A stretch of DNA of 64,000 nt from positions 1,383,783 through 1,447,782 of the forward strand of contig CAVOKF010000007.1 of NCBI GenBank assembly GCA_963696385.1. Reading direction: 5' to 3'. The notes beneath the pieces were generated by a model. That model saw only the letters and a program-made list of their open reading frames with translations, was not told where the DNA came from and did not search any database. Positions 62,118 to 64,000 of this stretch are shown here, piece after piece. Numbering within the stretch: position 1 is the stretch's first letter; the number at the start of each line of letters is the position of its first letter. Made by a program: the position numbers and the translations under genes. Source of the DNA: an uncultured delta proteobacterium (GTDB lineage Bacteria; Myxococcota_A; Polyangia; Polyangiales; Polyangiaceae).

Positions 62118-62633
62118 TTAGACCTTCTTGGCTTCTGGATGCGCGCCGGACTCCGATCGACGGGCGGTCGGCTCGCTCTGCCGCTCGACGACGGACGTCA
62201 GGGGAGGCAGCCGGGCCGGCGATGCCTCCGGCGCCGGGGAGGCGGTTCCGTTCGCGGTCGACGTCGGCTGCGGCGTCGACCCGGCTCTCTGCGCAGGAGC
62301 GGGAGGAGGGACGCCCGTTGCAGCGGTGTCCAGCACGCGCGAGCGCCCTTTGCGGGCTGCACTCCGACGGCCCTCCGCCTCGGCCTTACGAATGTGTCCG
62401 AGATAGCGCTCCAGCGCGTGCTGGCTCACGCTCAGGCCGTGGTCCATGAGCCAGGCCGCAATAGCCCTCCACGTGTAGCCCTTGGCTCGCATCGCGTGCA
62501 GCCGCGGAGCCAGCATCGCGATCGCCTGCTGCTTACTGACGGTCGTAGCGCGGTGGGCGGGAACCTCGTCGAGAAGCTCTCGGAGGGTCTCCACATCGGA
62601 CAGGGCGATCTTGGTCGGTTGGGTGTCGGTCAT
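62118..62633 (-). CDS. MobC/StbA-like oriT accessory protein
   Basis: VSKQQAIAML..LHAMRAKGYTWRAIA..GLSVS..LERYL; divergent from the relaxase. Confidence 0.7.
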   Translation of the reverse strand: MTDTQPTKIALSDVETLRELLDEVPAHRATTVSKQQAIAMLAPRLHAMRAKGYTWRAIAAWLMDHGLSVSQHALERYLGHIRKAEAEGRRSAARKGRSRVLDTAATGVPPPAPAQRAGSTPQPTSTANGTASPAPEASPARLPPLTSVVERQSEPTARRSESGAHPEAKKV

Positions 62634-63164
62634 GGCGGGCGCTCCAGGTAGAGACCGTGGACGAGCCGATGGATGCGTCACCGCCGTGCAGATGACCGTT
62701 CCAGGCGCTCGTTACGCCCCGCCCGCGCCCGCCTCCACCCGCACCGCCGCGACAAGCGCGCCCGTTACCCTGGCCGGAGGGGGTTGAATGGCGCCAGCGC
62801 CGACCAGTACCGATAGGCTACGACGTGCAGGGCACACCGTCAACGGATGATCCGGTGGTTTGTCTTCCAACCGGGCAGTCCGATCACGGGATAGCATGGG
62901 GGCTATCGCGTATACGTCGTGGTGGTTGCGGTGTCTCTCGGATCGCGGGGCGGCTGTCGGGCCAGGCGTCCGAAAAGTGCCGGCAATCGTGTCGGTCGAG
63001 AGGGGGCAAACCCGGAGCAAAGCGGAGGGCAAGATAAAGGAGTAGAGCTACGCGGGTCTTAAGTCTGCAGAACTATTTAGGAAAAGATAGAGCTAAGGGC
63101 CTATGCCGTAGCTCCACGACTTCGATAACGTCTGGAAAGCAATCGTGAAAAGGTGGAGCTCATC
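62634..63164. other. Candidate oriT / divergent promoter region
   Basis: Position between mobC and the relaxase; AT-rich 63050-63100; nic site not identified. Confidence 0.45.
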
Positions 63165-64000
63165 GTGATCGACCCCGACGATCTCCCTATTTTTAGGCCT
63201 CGGATGGGCCGAGGGCCCAAACGCGCGTCCCGCGACGGTACGGGGTCGTTTCGCAGCGCGCTTTTGTCGCGGATGGTGCGCGGCACCCGGGTGACGCTGC
63301 GGCGAGCGGCGCGGTCGCGCGTCGCCGTGGGACGACCGAATGCGAGCGCCCGTCGGGTCGTTGTGAAGGCTCATGTCGCGCGCTTGGGTGCAGGCGGGGC
63401 GAAAGCCGCCGCCCTACACCTGCGATACATCGAGCGTGACGGCGTCGAGAAGGACGGATCCAAGGGAGTGCCGTACACCGCCGACGGACGGGCGCGCGTC
63501 GAGACCTTCGACCAGCCCCGCCCGGGGGAGCGACATCAATTTCGCCTGATCGTGTCGCCGGAAGACGCCAAGGAGCTCGACCTCACCGAATATGTTCGGC
63601 GCTTGATGGCGCGCGTCGAGCGCGATCTCGATCGCAAGCTCGAGTGGTCGGCCGTCAATCACTTCGATACCGATCATCCGCACGCGCACCTGGTGATCCG
63701 CGGCGTCGACCGAAGCGGTCGCGAGGTTCGCCTCGACCGCGGGTACATCTCGAACGGCTTACGCTGGTCGGCGCAGGAGATCGCGACTCAGGAGCTCGGG
63801 CCGCGCCACGATCTCGACATCCAACGGGCCTATGCCCGGGAGATCACCCAGGAGCGGTTCACGTCGCTCGACCGCGAGGTGGAGCGGCGCGCGGTCGAGA
63901 ACCGCATCGAGGTTCGGTCTCGCCAGCGGTCCGGGCGGATCGACGACTCCACACTCGTGGCGCGGCTTGAGCACCTCGAGGCGATGCGCCTCGCGGAGCG
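63165..64000 (+). CDS. MOBP relaxase of the RlxS/DUF3363 type (runs off the window; absent from the ORF track)
   Basis: RRVVVKA, HLRYIERDGV, HQFRLIVSPED, VNHFDTDHPHAHLVIRG, ATQELGPR. Confidence 0.92.
   Translation, partial: MIDPDDLPIFRPRMGRGPKRASRDGTGSFRSALLSRMVRGTRVTLRRAARSRVAVGRPNASARRVVVKAHVARLGAGGAKAAALHLRYIERDGVEKDGSKGVPYTADGRARVETFDQPRPGERHQFRLIVSPEDAKELDLTEYVRRLMARVERDLDRKLEWSAVNHFDTDHPHAHLVIRGVDRSGREVRLDRGYISNGLRWSAQEIATQELGPRHDLDIQRAYAREITQERFTSLDREVERRAVENRIEVRSRQRSGRIDDSTLVARLEHLEAMRLAE

Overview
High-GC accessory region that looks myxobacterial (Polyangiaceae-like: DAG/DGG-rich lipoproteins, Hanks kinases, sigma54 activators). It is a pile-up of mobile DNA: 2 tandem IS630 plus a derived MITE, 3 IS4 copies, 3 IS66 elements or remnants, an IS21-like transposon carrying a ParB-like gene, IS1/rve/serine-recombinase relics, 3 related tyrosine integrases with tRNA-Ser and tRNA-Arg 3'-half att sites, 3 toxin-antitoxin pairs, and conjugation relics (traG, relaxase, mobC/mobD). 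Two kinase/TPR-PEGA/sigma54-activator/lipoprotein operons and many secreted lipoproteins are the cargo. The most striking unexplained structure is about 10 copies of a ~110-bp module. It runs from a sharp CAATT/CAAAT boundary to an IS91/ISCR oriIS-like CCTAYTCRC end. Three copies are still attached to IS91-type transposase tails; the rest sit alone at junctions between unrelated, often truncated genes and lipoprotein cargo, which suggests a non-autonomous rolling-circle capture/shuffling system. IS4 appears to target the same internal position of this module repeatedly. Many single-base frameshifts could be sequencing errors. All family calls come from motif recognition, not database searches.
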